Source: Eledone cirrhosa (taxonomy: Eukaryota). From it: a DNA stretch of 64,000 nt. Location of the stretch: positions 3,906,001-3,970,000 of the forward strand of contig OZ024757.1 in assembly GCA_964016885.1 (NCBI GenBank). Reading direction: 5' to 3'. Below are positions 41,490-56,100 of the stretch, one piece after another. Numbering within the stretch: position 1 is the first letter of the stretch; every line of letters begins with the position of its first letter. Under the pieces are notes generated by a model that ran no database searches, was not told the origin of the DNA, and worked only from the letters and a program-made list of their open reading frames with translations. Made by a program: the position numbers and the translations under genes.

Positions 41490-43115
41490 AGAGGATAGAA
41501 AGAAGAGGAGAGAGGAGGAATAGATGGGGAGAGGATAGAGAGAAGAGAGAGAGGAGGAATAGACGGGGAGGGGATAGAGAGAAGAGGAGAGAGGAGGAAT
41601 AGACGGGGAGAGGATAGAAAGAAGAGGAGAGAGGAGGAATAGATGGGGAGAGGATAGAGAGAAGAGAGAGAGGAGGAATAGACGGGGAGGGGATAGAGAG
41701 AAGAGAAGAGAGGAGGAATAGACGGGGAGAGGATAGAGAGAAGGAGAGAGGAGGAATAGATGGGGAGAGGATAGAGAGAAGAGGAGAGAGGAGGAATAGA
41801 CAGGGAGAGGATAGAGAGAAGAGAGAGAGGAGGAATAGACGGGGAGAGGATAGAGAGAAGAGGAGAGAGGAGGAATAGACGGGGAGAGGATAGAGAGAAG
41901 AGAGAGAGGAGGAATAGATGGGGAGAGGATAGAGAGAAGAGAGAGAGGAGGAATAGACGGGGAGAGGATAGAGAGAAGAGAGAGAGAAGGAATAGACGGG
42001 GAGAGGATAGAGAGAAGAGAGAGAGGAGGAATAGACGGGGAGAGGATAGAGAGAAGAGAGAGAGGAGGAATAGACGGGGAGAGGATAGAGAGAAGAGAGA
42101 GAGGAGGAATAGATGGGGAGCGGATAGAGAGAAGAGAGAGAGGAGGAATAGACGGGGAGAGGATAGAGAGAAGAGAGAGAGGAGGAATAGACGGGGAGAG
42201 GATAGAGAGAAGAGAGACAGAATTAATAGATGGGGAGAGGATAGAGAGAAGAGGAGAGAGGAGGAATAGACGGGGAGAGGATAGAGAGAAGAGAGAGAGG
42301 AGGAATAGACGGGGAGAGGATAGAGAGAAGAGAGAGAGGAGGAATAGACGGGGACAGGATAGAGAGAAGAGAGAGAGGAGGAATGGATGGGGAGCGGATA
42401 GAGAGAAGAGAGAGAGGAGGAATAGACGGGGAGAGGATAGAGAGAAGAGAGAGAGGAGGAATAGACGGGGAGAGGATAGAGAGAAGAGAGAGAGGAGGAA
42501 TAGACGGGGAGAGGATAGAGAGAAGAGGAGAGAGGAGGAATAGACGGGGGAGAGGATAGAGAGAAGAGGAGAGAGGAGGAATAGACGGGGAGAGGATAGA
42601 GAGAAGAGAGACAGAACTAATAGATGGGGAGAGGATAGAGAGAAGAGGAGAGAGGAGGAATAGACGGGGAGAGGATAGAGAGAAGGAGAGAGAGGAGGAA
42701 TAGACGGGGAGAAGATAGAGAGAAGAGGAGAGAGGAGGAATAGACGGGGAGAGGATAGAGAGAAGAGAGAGAGGAGGAATAGATGGGGAGAGGATAGAGA
42801 GAAGAGAGAGAGGAGGAATAGACGGGGAGAGGATAGAGAGAAGAGAGACAGAACTAATAGATGGGGAGAGGATAGAGAGAAGAGGAGAGAGGAGGAATAG
42901 ACGGGGAGAGGATAGAGAGAAGGAGAGAGGATGAATAGATGGGGAGAGGATAGAGAGAAGAGGAGAGAGGAGGAATAGACGGGGTGAGGATAGAGAGAAG
43001 GGGAGAGGAGGAATAGATAGGGAGAGGATAGAGAGAAGAGGAGAGAGGAGGAATAGATGGGGAGAGGATCGAGAGAAGAGAGACAGGACTAATAAATGGG
43101 GAGAGGCTAGAGAGA
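41490..43115. repeat. 38-40-bp purine-rich minisatellite GAGGAGGAATAGA(C/T)GGGGAGAGGATAGAGAGAAGAGA(GA)
   Basis: Read directly; about 40 copies. Confidence 0.95.
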
Positions 43116-43149
43116 AGGAGAGAGTGAATTAGATGGACAAATAGACCGA

Positions 43150-44345
43150 CCTTTCTTTATTTGCCAAAAGGGCGTACAAGGGACCTTACAAGACGTGACG
43201 GCGGGGGTTTTACATGACATCTTTAACAATAATTGTTTCTACGTTTGGCACAAAGCCAGCAAATTACCCAGAGCATTACTGGTACTTTATTTTATCGACC
43301 CCGTAAGGATGAAAGGCAAAGTTAACCTCGACATCTTTAACAATAATGAATAACAATAAACTATATATGAAATAAAACAATCGAAATAACCATTAGGGAG
43401 GGGGGGCGTTACTGCAGGGTTGATTTACACCCCGTAGATAGAACAACCCTCAACACCAGGAACACGCTTTATAGGTGATCCCTCCTTACTCAAGCTACAG
43501 GTTTATATACAGGGAAGGCCCATTCACTCGGGCCATTTTTGCCACATTCACCCACCGTTCAGCGAATTTAATGGGGTGCCGCACCTCTCTCTCTCTCCAC
43601 TCTCACCTTCATTCTGAAGTGATACTTAAAAAAGGGGATGAGTTGTTGTCCGGAGAGGAAGGTGTTTGCCCTCAGTCCTTTTAACCTCGTCCTCCATATT
43701 ACCTCTTTCGCCATAGCCACCAGACAAAGGAAAACCGCCCCTCTTTCAGTCTTAAATGAAGGCGGCGGGGTGATCCTCACGATGACTCGGCTGACAACTG
43801 GATGCGTCCCACACGTGACAGTATCTGTTCGAGATAATTCCACAGGTCGGTCACCCCGGGCTCTGAACAATTGCGTGCAGAACGGTTTCGATGTTCTGCT
43901 CGCATCTTGGACAGGTCCTTTTGGCAGGATCCCTGCCAGGGCGTCCGTGCCTGTAGATTTTGTCTCGAACTGGTAGAGCTCCTCGGTAGCACTGCCAGGC
44001 CAGAGACCTTTGGAAGTTATCCATAGGCCCTAGACGGAAAGTCCTCCCAAACAGATTGGTCAGTTCGTCCTCCTCGATGCCTAGAGTTCCCCCGAGAACA
44101 TCGTCGCACTTATCCTCCACTAATCCCCTATAGAATGTAGAAGTGGAGTCTCCGTTGATTGCCGTTTCCGCTCGGTAGAGGGCTGTGAGAGCCTGAAGGC
44201 ACTCGAGGTGCCAGGCGCCCATTTTCGGTCTTCGCTTGTCCTAGGACTGCAGCTCTGTTAGTGAGAGAAGTTGTGGAAAAGCTCGTCTCACAAACAACTA
44301 CACCGGTTCACCGGTCAGGAACACCTGGAGATGGCGTAACAGTAG
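43150..44345 (-). mobile_element. 3' fragment of an L1/Tx1-clade LINE
   Basis: ORF 43851..44222 contains FQRSLAWQCYRGALPVRDK..CPRCEQNIETVLHAIVQ (zf-RVT-like CCHC knuckle), is frameshifted, and is followed by a 3' UTR ending AATAAAGAAAG on the minus strand. Confidence 0.8.
43234..43329 (-). mobile_element. 5'-truncated SINE inserted in the Tx1 3' UTR, with an 18-bp TSD
   Basis: Core matches the SINE at 20140-20200; GACATCTTTAACAATAAT at both 43216-43233 and 43330-43347. Confidence 0.85.
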
Positions 44346-44736
44346 CACGTGTTTGCGCATCATCAGCCCTCCATTAAAAGGGTGTTGGCAGCAGATGGAG
44401 CCAATGGAGCCTGTTTCTTCCAAAGGAACTTGAAGAGTAGAAGAGACAGACAGGCAGATAGGTCCCTGGTTAGATCCCACGGATATATTCACACACACAC
44501 TCAGAGGTACACACACACACATATATATATATATATACATACATACATATATACATACATGATGGCTGCCCCCTTGTTATCGAGTATGGCGATTGCACGA
44601 GAAAAAAAATATATATATATACATATATATTAATAACAATAATAATAATAATAACAACAATAATAATAATGTCAACAACAACAATAATAATACATATATA
44701 TATATATATATTTCGTTTCTGACCCTCCCAAACTAT

Positions 44737-44820
<84 letters not shown>

Positions 44821-44866
44821 GCGCACACACATAAACATATCTGCACACACACACACACGATAGCAA

Positions 44867-47400
44867 TTAACAGCTCTGCGATCGAATGTGGCTTTTTAGC
44901 CCAGCCAATGATCTAAAATGTCTTGCACAGAGTCGGCAACTAAAACATTCACTGGGAATAGCCGGCTGTGGTTGGAGTTCGTGTACTTTTGCATGTCGCT
45001 TGAGCCCTCCTGCTGATTTACATTCTCTACCATATGTTTGGCAAGCATGATGAGTAGCATCTCTAACAGCAGCCTGGTAGTCAACCACTGGTCTTACCTT
45101 ATGACTGCGAAGATGACTTTCGAGTCCAGCTTTGCTTAAGCAAAGTCTCGCACAGACGCTGCATGTCAGCACCATAGGAGGGCCCTAGCCGTCTGGAAGT
45201 GCAACAGCAATGCCTTTCCTCACATCCCGCTTTACTTTCTCGTATGCGATTCTAGATGCCTCAAAGGCAACTTTTCCCTCATATACAGTCTTTTTCCTTT
45301 TATTTACGATCAGCAGCAATATTTTCCTATGTATCAGCAGAGATGTTAGCGTCTTTCAAAAAGGCTTTCAAGGAATCCTTATACCTCTTTTTTGGTTTAT
45401 GTGGCGGTCGTTTTCCTTTAACTAACTCTCCATAAAAGAGTTGTTTTGTTATTCTAGAATCCTTCATCCTGGCAAGGTGACCACTCCAACGGAGTCGTTG
45501 CTTAAGCACAAGAGCTTCTATACTGTCACACAGAGAGCTTTCCAAAATCTCGACATCACTGATGTGGTACCTCCAGTGAACGCCATAGATCCGTCTGAGA
45601 CACATCTGATGGAAACGCTCCAAATCGCTTAAGGTGGTGTCGATATGTGACCCAGGTCGCGCAGGCATAAAGAAGAGAAGAGAGCACACATGCCTTGTAC
45701 ACCTTTACCTTTGTCTTCTTGCATATGTCTCGCCGACCGAAGAGTCGCCTTTCTAGTTTTCCGAAAGCATCACTTGCTTTCCTAATCCTAAGAGAGATTT
45801 CACTATCAAGGTTGCTGTATCGATTGACAGTGCTTCCCAGGTAGACAAACTGATCAACCACTCCAAGTCGTTTACCACACACATAGATATTTGGTTCACT
45901 GCAGGTTGGTACATGACGACGGTTTTCTTGAGACTGACAGTCAATCCTAGGGCAGTGCAAGCGTCAAAAAATGCATTCAAAATGTGCTGCATATCACTCT
46001 CTGTGTGCGCTACAAGATCGCAATCATCTGCATACACGAAGTCCCTTATGATTGATGTAAATAGTTTTGTCTTTGCAGCAAAGCGCCTGATGTTAAATAT
46101 GCTGCCTGAGGTTCGATATCGGATGTAAACACCATGCTCGCAATTCCTGAATGCAATACAGAAAACCATTGCAAAGTATATGGCAAACAGGGTCGGTGCT
46201 GGAATATCCCCCTGTTTCACTCCATTTTTTACTGAGATAGGCTCCGACATGTTACCTCCGCCATTAACCCAAGCCTTCATGTCATCATGGAAAGACCTAA
46301 CTAAAGCAAGGAACTTATCAGGGCAACCAAATTTCTGGAGAACCTTCCATAATGCATTTCTGTTAACAGTATCGAAAGCTTTTGTCAGGTCGACAAAAAC
46401 CTGATACAGATCCAAACCTTGTTCCATGCACTTCTCCTGGAGCTGTCTAGCTGAGATCATATCAGTAGTGCCGCATCCAGCACGAAAACCAGATTGACTT
46501 TCAGGAAGAACACAATTTGCAATGTGTGTCAGCAGACGGCCCAGAAGCACCCTACATAAAACTTTCCCTACGACAGAAAGCAATGATATACCTCTGTTGC
46601 TCCCACAATCATTCCTGTTTCCCTTTCCCTTTACAAGACCACCATTACTGCACCTCTCCAGTCCTCAGGTACGGATTCATTTCATTAGCCCATATCCTGC
46701 CAAACAAAGAGTGAAGATGTTGCAGGAGTCTCTCACCGCCCTATTGTAGGAGCTCTGCATGTATACCATCCATACCTGGAGACCTTCCACTGTTCAGCTT
46801 CGAGATAGCCACTGCAACCTCCACAAGTGTCGGAGGTTCTGCGAGAGATACTTTCACAGGACTTTCTGGAATGAGATTGAGAAAATCTTCATTGACGACA
46901 GACGGCTGATTCAAAAGATCATCAAAGTGCTCTCGCCACCTTCGTAGAATTCCTTGTGAGTCACGAAGAAGTTCTTTGCCATCCTTGCTGCGAAGCGGTG
47001 TCACCAGAGAAGAAGATGGTCCATAAACTTCACGCAAGAGACTGTACAACAGCTTTGTGTTATTGGAATCTGACGCAGTTTGTATCTCATCAGCCTTCTC
47101 ACTCCACCACTGATCCTTCACCTGAGAAAGACTCCCCCTAACACGTGATTTCACATCCTTCAGTTCCTAATTCAACGTATTCCTCTCCTTTGGTTTTGCC
47201 GTCAAGTAGCGTGACAGAGCACGCCTCTTATCACCCAACAAATCTTCTATATGTACATCATTCTCATTAAACCAGTCCTGATGTTTTCTCTGCACCAATC
47301 CCAGAACACGCCTGCCTACATCATAAACCGACTTTTTAAGAGTCGGCCAATCCTCACCAAGATCTGCAACCTGCATCTCTTCTTGCAATGTCCTCTTCAC
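44867..47400 (-). mobile_element. 5'-truncated RTE (BovB-like) LINE; frameshifted RT plus C-terminal C2H2 fingers
   Basis: RT motifs LPESQSGFR, FVDLTKAFDTVNR, GVKQGD, YADD, FVYLGS, RLRWSGHLARM..KQLFYGEL spread over several broken ORFs. Confidence 0.92.
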
Positions 47401-48335
47401 ATTTTTATCCTTAAGACGGGATAAAGCTTGATATAAATCTCTCACCCAGAGAAATCGGAAGATCCTATTCAATGTTCAAACAAGATGAAAAAATTGACCA
47501 ATTTACAGAAAAAGTTGTGCATGGATACTTGAGACGTAAAACACAGACCACTCAAAAAGCCTGGCATGGAGTTCCGACACGTTTATGACATCACACCTTG
47601 AGGGATATCTCTATGCAATACAGGAACAAATATCTGCTGCACAAAAGGGGAGGGCCATCAGCTGACAATAAATGTAGGCTATGTAAAACAAAGATCGAGG
47701 ATGTAAACCACATTGTTGCCAGCTGCGAAAGAATGTCATCTCGCTACTACCTCCGCATGAGACACGATGGGATAGCTAGAACCATCTGGAACGCACTTCG
47801 GAAAACAAAATTAACAACAAACGAGGAAGAATATATTGAGACAGATGGCACTAAGGAATACTGGTGGAACCTGAAAATAAAAACTGTCACCAAATTAAAG
47901 CACAACCGGCCTGATATTGTTGTTTGGGACCACACATTGAAAACGTGTTCTGTTGTGGAGATCAGCTGCCCACTTGATGTAAACGTTGTCAGAAAAATAC
48001 AGGAGAAGAAGGACATCTACGGACCATTGATGAGGAGTTTACAAATCCAGTATCCAAGATACACCTTTAGCTTCATACCCATCATTATTGGAGCTACGGG
48101 TTATATACCAACCCGCTTGAACCAAAGTATGACTGAACTTGGATTTGCGGAAAAAAAGAGGGCAGCTCCCTAATTCATAGTCTGCAAATAGTAACGATAG
48201 CTGGCACCTCCAAAATTTGCAAAACATTCTTGCGATTCAAACGATGACAATTTCTTTTCTTTTACAACCTTGCCACCAGGGAGGTGGCCGGTCAAAAAAA
48301 ATATACTCGAAATTAAGAGAAAGAGATAACATAGA
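47401..48335 (+). mobile_element. 3' fragment of a restriction-like-endonuclease non-LTR retrotransposon (R4/Dong-like)
   Basis: CRLC..HIVASC zinc knuckle, RHD, and NRPDIVVWD..VVEISCP..KKDIY (PD..E-type RLE); frameshift near 48160. Confidence 0.85.
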
Positions 48336-48777
48336 TACAGGTAAAATTACAGGTATATACAGAAGCTAAATGATATGCCAGCAGGTTTTTAGAAAACACC
48401 ACTATAGTTCGGGACAGGCATATCAAGAGTCCGAATTAACAAGGTAAACTTCGTTCCATCATTATGTTTTTCTGGGTTTTTTTTCTGTTCTAGTTCTAAC
48501 TGTCTGTTGAGGTCATAGCTGTTGAATAATGGTTATCACTGAAATATATATAACAGTGATTATGGATAAACGAAGCTAATTTTACCCTGTTGACTTACAT
48601 TTCTTGTATTTAAATTACTCCGGAGTAAACAAACCCACCTGCGCACTACGTTGGGTGCTCTATCCTGCATACTAAAGTGTCGGTAACACGCCCCACTTTC
48701 AAGCGTGAAACTAATATTAACATTTTGTACTGCCTCTTCGTTTCCACGTTGTTGTTTTTTTGTTTACTGTTTCAACT

Positions 48778-48866
<89 letters not shown>

Positions 48867-48954
48867 ATAATAATAAAATTGAAGACTAAAATCCAGAGAG
48901 GGCTCGATAAGGAAAATATATATCAAATATATAAGAACCGAAGAGCAAATATTT

Positions 48955-50847
<1,893 letters not shown>

Positions 50848-51099
50848 CATATATATATATACATATATACATACATATGCATTCATATATACATACAACT
50901 ATACATGTATGGATATATATATATATATTGAAAGGATAACAAGGACGATTGGTTACTCCTTCATTACATTTATTGGTAGGTAACGCGCGTTTCGCCACTG
51001 ATCACCTCAAGGTTCGATCTGTATCGATCCTACCCGACTCAATGATCGGCAGCTCGACAGACCCTTTAAAGTGCTATAAGAAAATGAAATACATGCTAT

Positions 51100-51830
51100 G
51101 TGGTAATATACCGGGAACCATCTTCAGGGCTCTCGAACAATCTTTTCCACGCACACATAAATACCACAAGCTCTTCAATAGACACACTGTAAAATTCTCT
51201 TTCTCCACAGCACCAAATCCAGGCCACACAATAGCACACACTAATGGGACAAAAATACAAAAACACATGGTTGCCCCACAACAAACCACCACCACAACCC
51301 AGAACGAAACCACACACACAACACAACACAACAACCCACATATCAGAACCACACCGCATGCCACCAACCGCCAACGTGCCACCACACCGGTTACACCCAG
51401 CTGCAACTGTAAAAAACGGGCTGAATGCACACTAAACGTTAAAAACATTGTCTACCGGTGTGATGTCACAGCCGGCAATAAAGAGTACGCATATATAAGT
51501 ACGACATCCACTACGTTTAAGGAGCGCTGGTATAACCATAGAAGCACCTTTAAACATAGGCTGAAACGATCCCAAACCAGACAGGCCGATTTGATCTGGG
51601 ACCACAAAGACAGGAACATCGAACCCCAGATCTCGTGGTCAGTGAAAAGACGCGTGGCACAATTCCCCAGTGACAGAAACCACTGCAGGTTATGCCTGGC
51701 TGAGGCGGCAGAAATAATTAAATTTAAATCTGCCATAAACTATAGGTCGGAAATAATTATCAATTGCAGACACACCAGGCTGAACACATTTTCCGCACAA
51801 ACATTCGGGGGAGGGCCGCACACAGCATAA
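51100..51830 (+). mobile_element. Penelope-like element 3' remnant: RT thumb/linker plus GIY-YIG endonuclease (Naiad-type)
   Basis: FPRTHKYHKLFNRHTVKFSFS, CNC..C, IVYRC..YIS, FKERWYNH, IWDHKD, CRLCLAE, NYRSE..CRH. Confidence 0.82.
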
Positions 51831-52619
51831 TAATAACCACCTCTGCCCCGTCTCACCATCGCCCATCTCAGTGAATTTATTTTATTGTATTGCATGTAAC
51901 CATTTGTAAGCCCGTATTTTGTATATCATGCCGCATACATCACCCCCACCAAAAATCACATCGCCATACACCCCTCATCCTTGCAACATTGTGTTCTATC
52001 TGTCCTCTCTGTCAGGTTTTACCTTGCAAACCATAGTAACATCTGATCCTGTAAATATAATGTCGATCATATCACACCATCGCCACCACCACCACAGCAC
52101 ACATTGTCATATGTTTACCATCCACACCCGCAACCTTATTCCCCATGTTCCCTCTGTCTACCCTAACCTACAACCCCACGTTAAATTCGACCCTGTAAAT
52201 GTACTGTCGCACACAGCACCACCGCCACCACTAGATACATCCACATACTTCAACAATCATTAACGTCATTAACATCATCAATACATATCATCCCTCACTC
52301 CCAGATCGACTGTGTTATATCCGCCCTCCGTCTGCCTTACTCTGTAACACACCGTAACATCTGATCATGTAATCATTTTGTTGAACATATCACCCCAGCA
52401 CCACCACTGCCATCACCACAGCACACATCGCTATACGTCTATAAATTGTTTTCCCCCACGTTCCCTATGTCACCTTTTAACCTGTAATCTATCGTATTAT
52501 TCGATCCTGTATATTTATGTCGCTCACAATTCCACCACCACCGCCACAACACACAACTCCATACCTCAACATCCATTAACTTCATCAACACCGCCAACAC
52601 ATACCTTCCCTCTCGAACA

Positions 52620-52885
52620 AACGCAAGTGTGTATGTCTGTGTGTAAGCATTTTTTTTATATATGTGCGTATGCATGTATGTATATGTATGTATATGTATA
52701 TATATATATATATATATATGTGTATATATATGTGTGTGTATATATGTATGTATGTATGTATGTGTGTGTATGTGTATGTTTATGTATACGTGCGTGTACG
52801 TGTATGTGTGCATATCTGTATGTGTGTATGTGTGTATGTATGTGTATGTCTATATGTACAACACCATCTCCGAGTTACACCCCCT

Positions 52886-52953
<68 letters not shown>

Positions 52954-53105
52954 AAGATAAAGAACAACAAAAAACGTACGTCCACCACCTCCTCTACCAC
53001 CACCACCAACAACAACAGTAACAACAACAACACCAACAATAACAATAACAACAACAACACCACCAACAGTAACAACAACAACAACAACAGTAACAACAAC
53101 AATTG
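52620..53105. repeat. (TG/TA)n, (GA)n and (CAA)n microsatellites
   Basis: Read directly. Confidence 0.88.
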
Positions 53106-53160
53106 TCATAAATGACTTTCTTAATAAATAATTATTGAGTTGAAAAGTTTCCAAGCCAGG

Positions 53161-56100
53161 ACGGAATATATTCCGTTGTCTTGCTGAGACAACGTAATAT
53201 ATTCTGTTAATCTAACGTAATATATTCTGTTAATCTAATGTAATATATTATGTTAATCTAATGGAATATAGTCTGCTAATCTAACGTAATATATTCTGTT
53301 AATCTAACGTAATATATTATGTTAATCTGACGTAATATATTCAGCTAATCTTACGTAATATATTCTGTTAATCTAACGTAATATATTCTGCTAATCTAAC
53401 GTAATATATTCTGCTAATCTAACGTAATATATTCTGCTAATCTAACGTAATATATTCTGCTAATCTAACGTAATATATTCTGCTAATCTAACGTAATGTA
53501 TTCTACTAATCTAACGTAATATATTCTGTTAATCTAACGTAATATATTCTGCTAATCTAACGTAATATATTCTGTTAATCTAACGTAATATATTCTGCTA
53601 ATCTAACGTAATATATTCTGCTAATCTAACGTAACATATTCTGTTAATCTAACGTAATATATTCTAGTAATCTAATGGAATATATTCTAGTAATCTAATG
53701 GAATATATTCTAGTAATCTAATGGAATATATTCTGGTAATCTAACGGAATATATTCTAGTAATCTAATGGAATATATTCTGGTAATCTAACGGAATATAT
53801 TATGTTAATCTAATGGAATATATTCTGCTAATCTAACGTAATATATTCTGTTAATCTAACGTAATATATTCTAGTAATCTAAAGGAATATATTCTGGTAA
53901 TCTAACGGAATATATTCTAGTAATCTAATGGAATATATTCTTGTAATCTAACGGAATATATTCTGTTAATCTAACGAAATACATTATGTTAATCTAATGG
54001 AATATATTCTGTTAATCTAACGGAATATTTTCTGTTAATCTAACGTAATAAATTCTGCTAATCTAACGTAATATATTCTGTTAATCTAATGTAATATATT
54101 CTGTTAATCTAATGCAATATATTCTGTTCATCTCACGGAATATATTCTGTTAATCTAACGTAATATATTCTGTTAATCTAACGTATATATTCTGTTAATC
54201 TAACGTAATATATTCTGGTAATCTAACGTAATATATTCTAGTAATCTAATGGAATATGTTCTGGTAATCTAACGTAATATATTCTGTTAATCAAACGGGA
54301 TACATTCTGTTATACTAACGGAATACATTCTGCTAATCTAACGTAATATATTATGTTAATCTAACGTAATATATTCTGTTAATGTAACGTAATATATTCT
54401 GCTAACCTAACGTAATATATTCTGTTAATCTAACGTAATATATTCTGGTAATCTTACGTAATATATTCTGTTAATCTAACGTAATATATTCTGTTAATCT
54501 AACGTAATATATTCTGGTAACCTAACGGAATATATTCTAGTAATCTAATGGAATATATTCTGGTATATCTAACGGAATACATTCGGTTAATCTAACGGAA
54601 TACATTATGTTAATCTAATGGAATATATTCTGTTAATCTAATGTAATATATTATGTTAATCTAATGGAATATATTCTGTTAATATAACGGAATATATTCT
54701 GTTAATCGAACGTAATATATTCTGCTAATCTAACGTAATATATTCTGTTAATCTAACGTAATATATTCTGGTAATCTAACGTAATATATTCTGTTAATCT
54801 AACGTAATATATTCTGTTAATCTAACGTAATATATTCTGCTAATCTAACGTAATATATTCTGTTAATCTAACGTAATATATTCTGGTAATCTTACGTAAT
54901 ATATTATGTTAATCTAACGTAATATATGCTATTTATCTAACGTAATATATTCTGGTAATCTAACGTAATATATTCTGGTATTCTAACGTAATATATTCTG
55001 CTAATCTAACGTAATATATTCTGCTAATCTAACGTAAAATATTCTGTTAATCTAACGTAATATATTCAATAATCTAATGGAATATATTCTAGTAATCTAA
55101 TGGAATATATTCTAGTAATCTAATGGAATATATTCTGGTAATCTAACGGAATATATTCTAGTAATCTAATGGAATATATTCTTGTAATCTAACGGAATAT
55201 ATTCTGTTAATCTAACGGAATATACTTATGTTAATCTAATGGAATATATTCTGTTAATCTAATGTAATATATTATGTTAATCTAATGGAATATATTCTGT
55301 TAATCTAACGGAATATTTTCTGTTAATCTAACGTAATAAATTCTCCTAATCTAACGTAATATATTCTGTTAATCTAACGTAATATATTCTGTTAATCTAA
55401 TGGAATATATTCTGTTCATCTAATGGAATATATTCTGTTAATCTAACGTGATATGTTCTGTTAATCTAACGTATATAATCTATTAATCTAACGTAATATA
55501 TCCTGGTAATCTAACGTAATATATTCTGTTAATCTAACGGAATACATTCTGTTAATCTAACGTAATATATTCTGGTAATCTTACGTAATATATTCTGTTA
55601 ATCTAACGTAATATATTCTGTTAATCTAACGTAATATATTCTGGTAATCTAACGTAATGTATTCTGTTAATCTAACGTAATATATTCTGGTAATCTAACG
55701 GAATATATTCTAGTAATCTAATGGAATATATTCTGTTAATCTAAAGGAATACATTATGTTAATCTAATGGAATATATTCTGTTAATGTAATGTAATATAT
55801 TATGTTAATCTAATGGAATAAATTCTGTAATATAACGGAATATATTCTGTTAATCTAACGTGATATATTCTGCTAATCTAACGTAATATATTCTGTTAAT
55901 CGAACGTAATATATTCTGCTACTCTAACGTAATATATTCTGTTAATGTAACGTAATATATTCTGGTAATCTTACGTAATATATTCTGTTAATCTAACGTA
56001 ATATATTCTGCTAATCTAACGTAAATATATTCTGTTAATCTAATGTAATATATTCTGTTAATCTAATGCAATATATTCTGTTCATCTCACGGAATATATT

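Noticed and set aside
44867-45175. Host C2H2 zinc-finger gene
   Set aside because: Contiguous and co-oriented with the RTE ORF, and lacks TGEKP linkers.
51919-53115. His/Thr/Pro-rich ORFs after the GIY-YIG domain
   Set aside because: Compositionally biased 3' UTR-like and microsatellite sequence with no domain signal.
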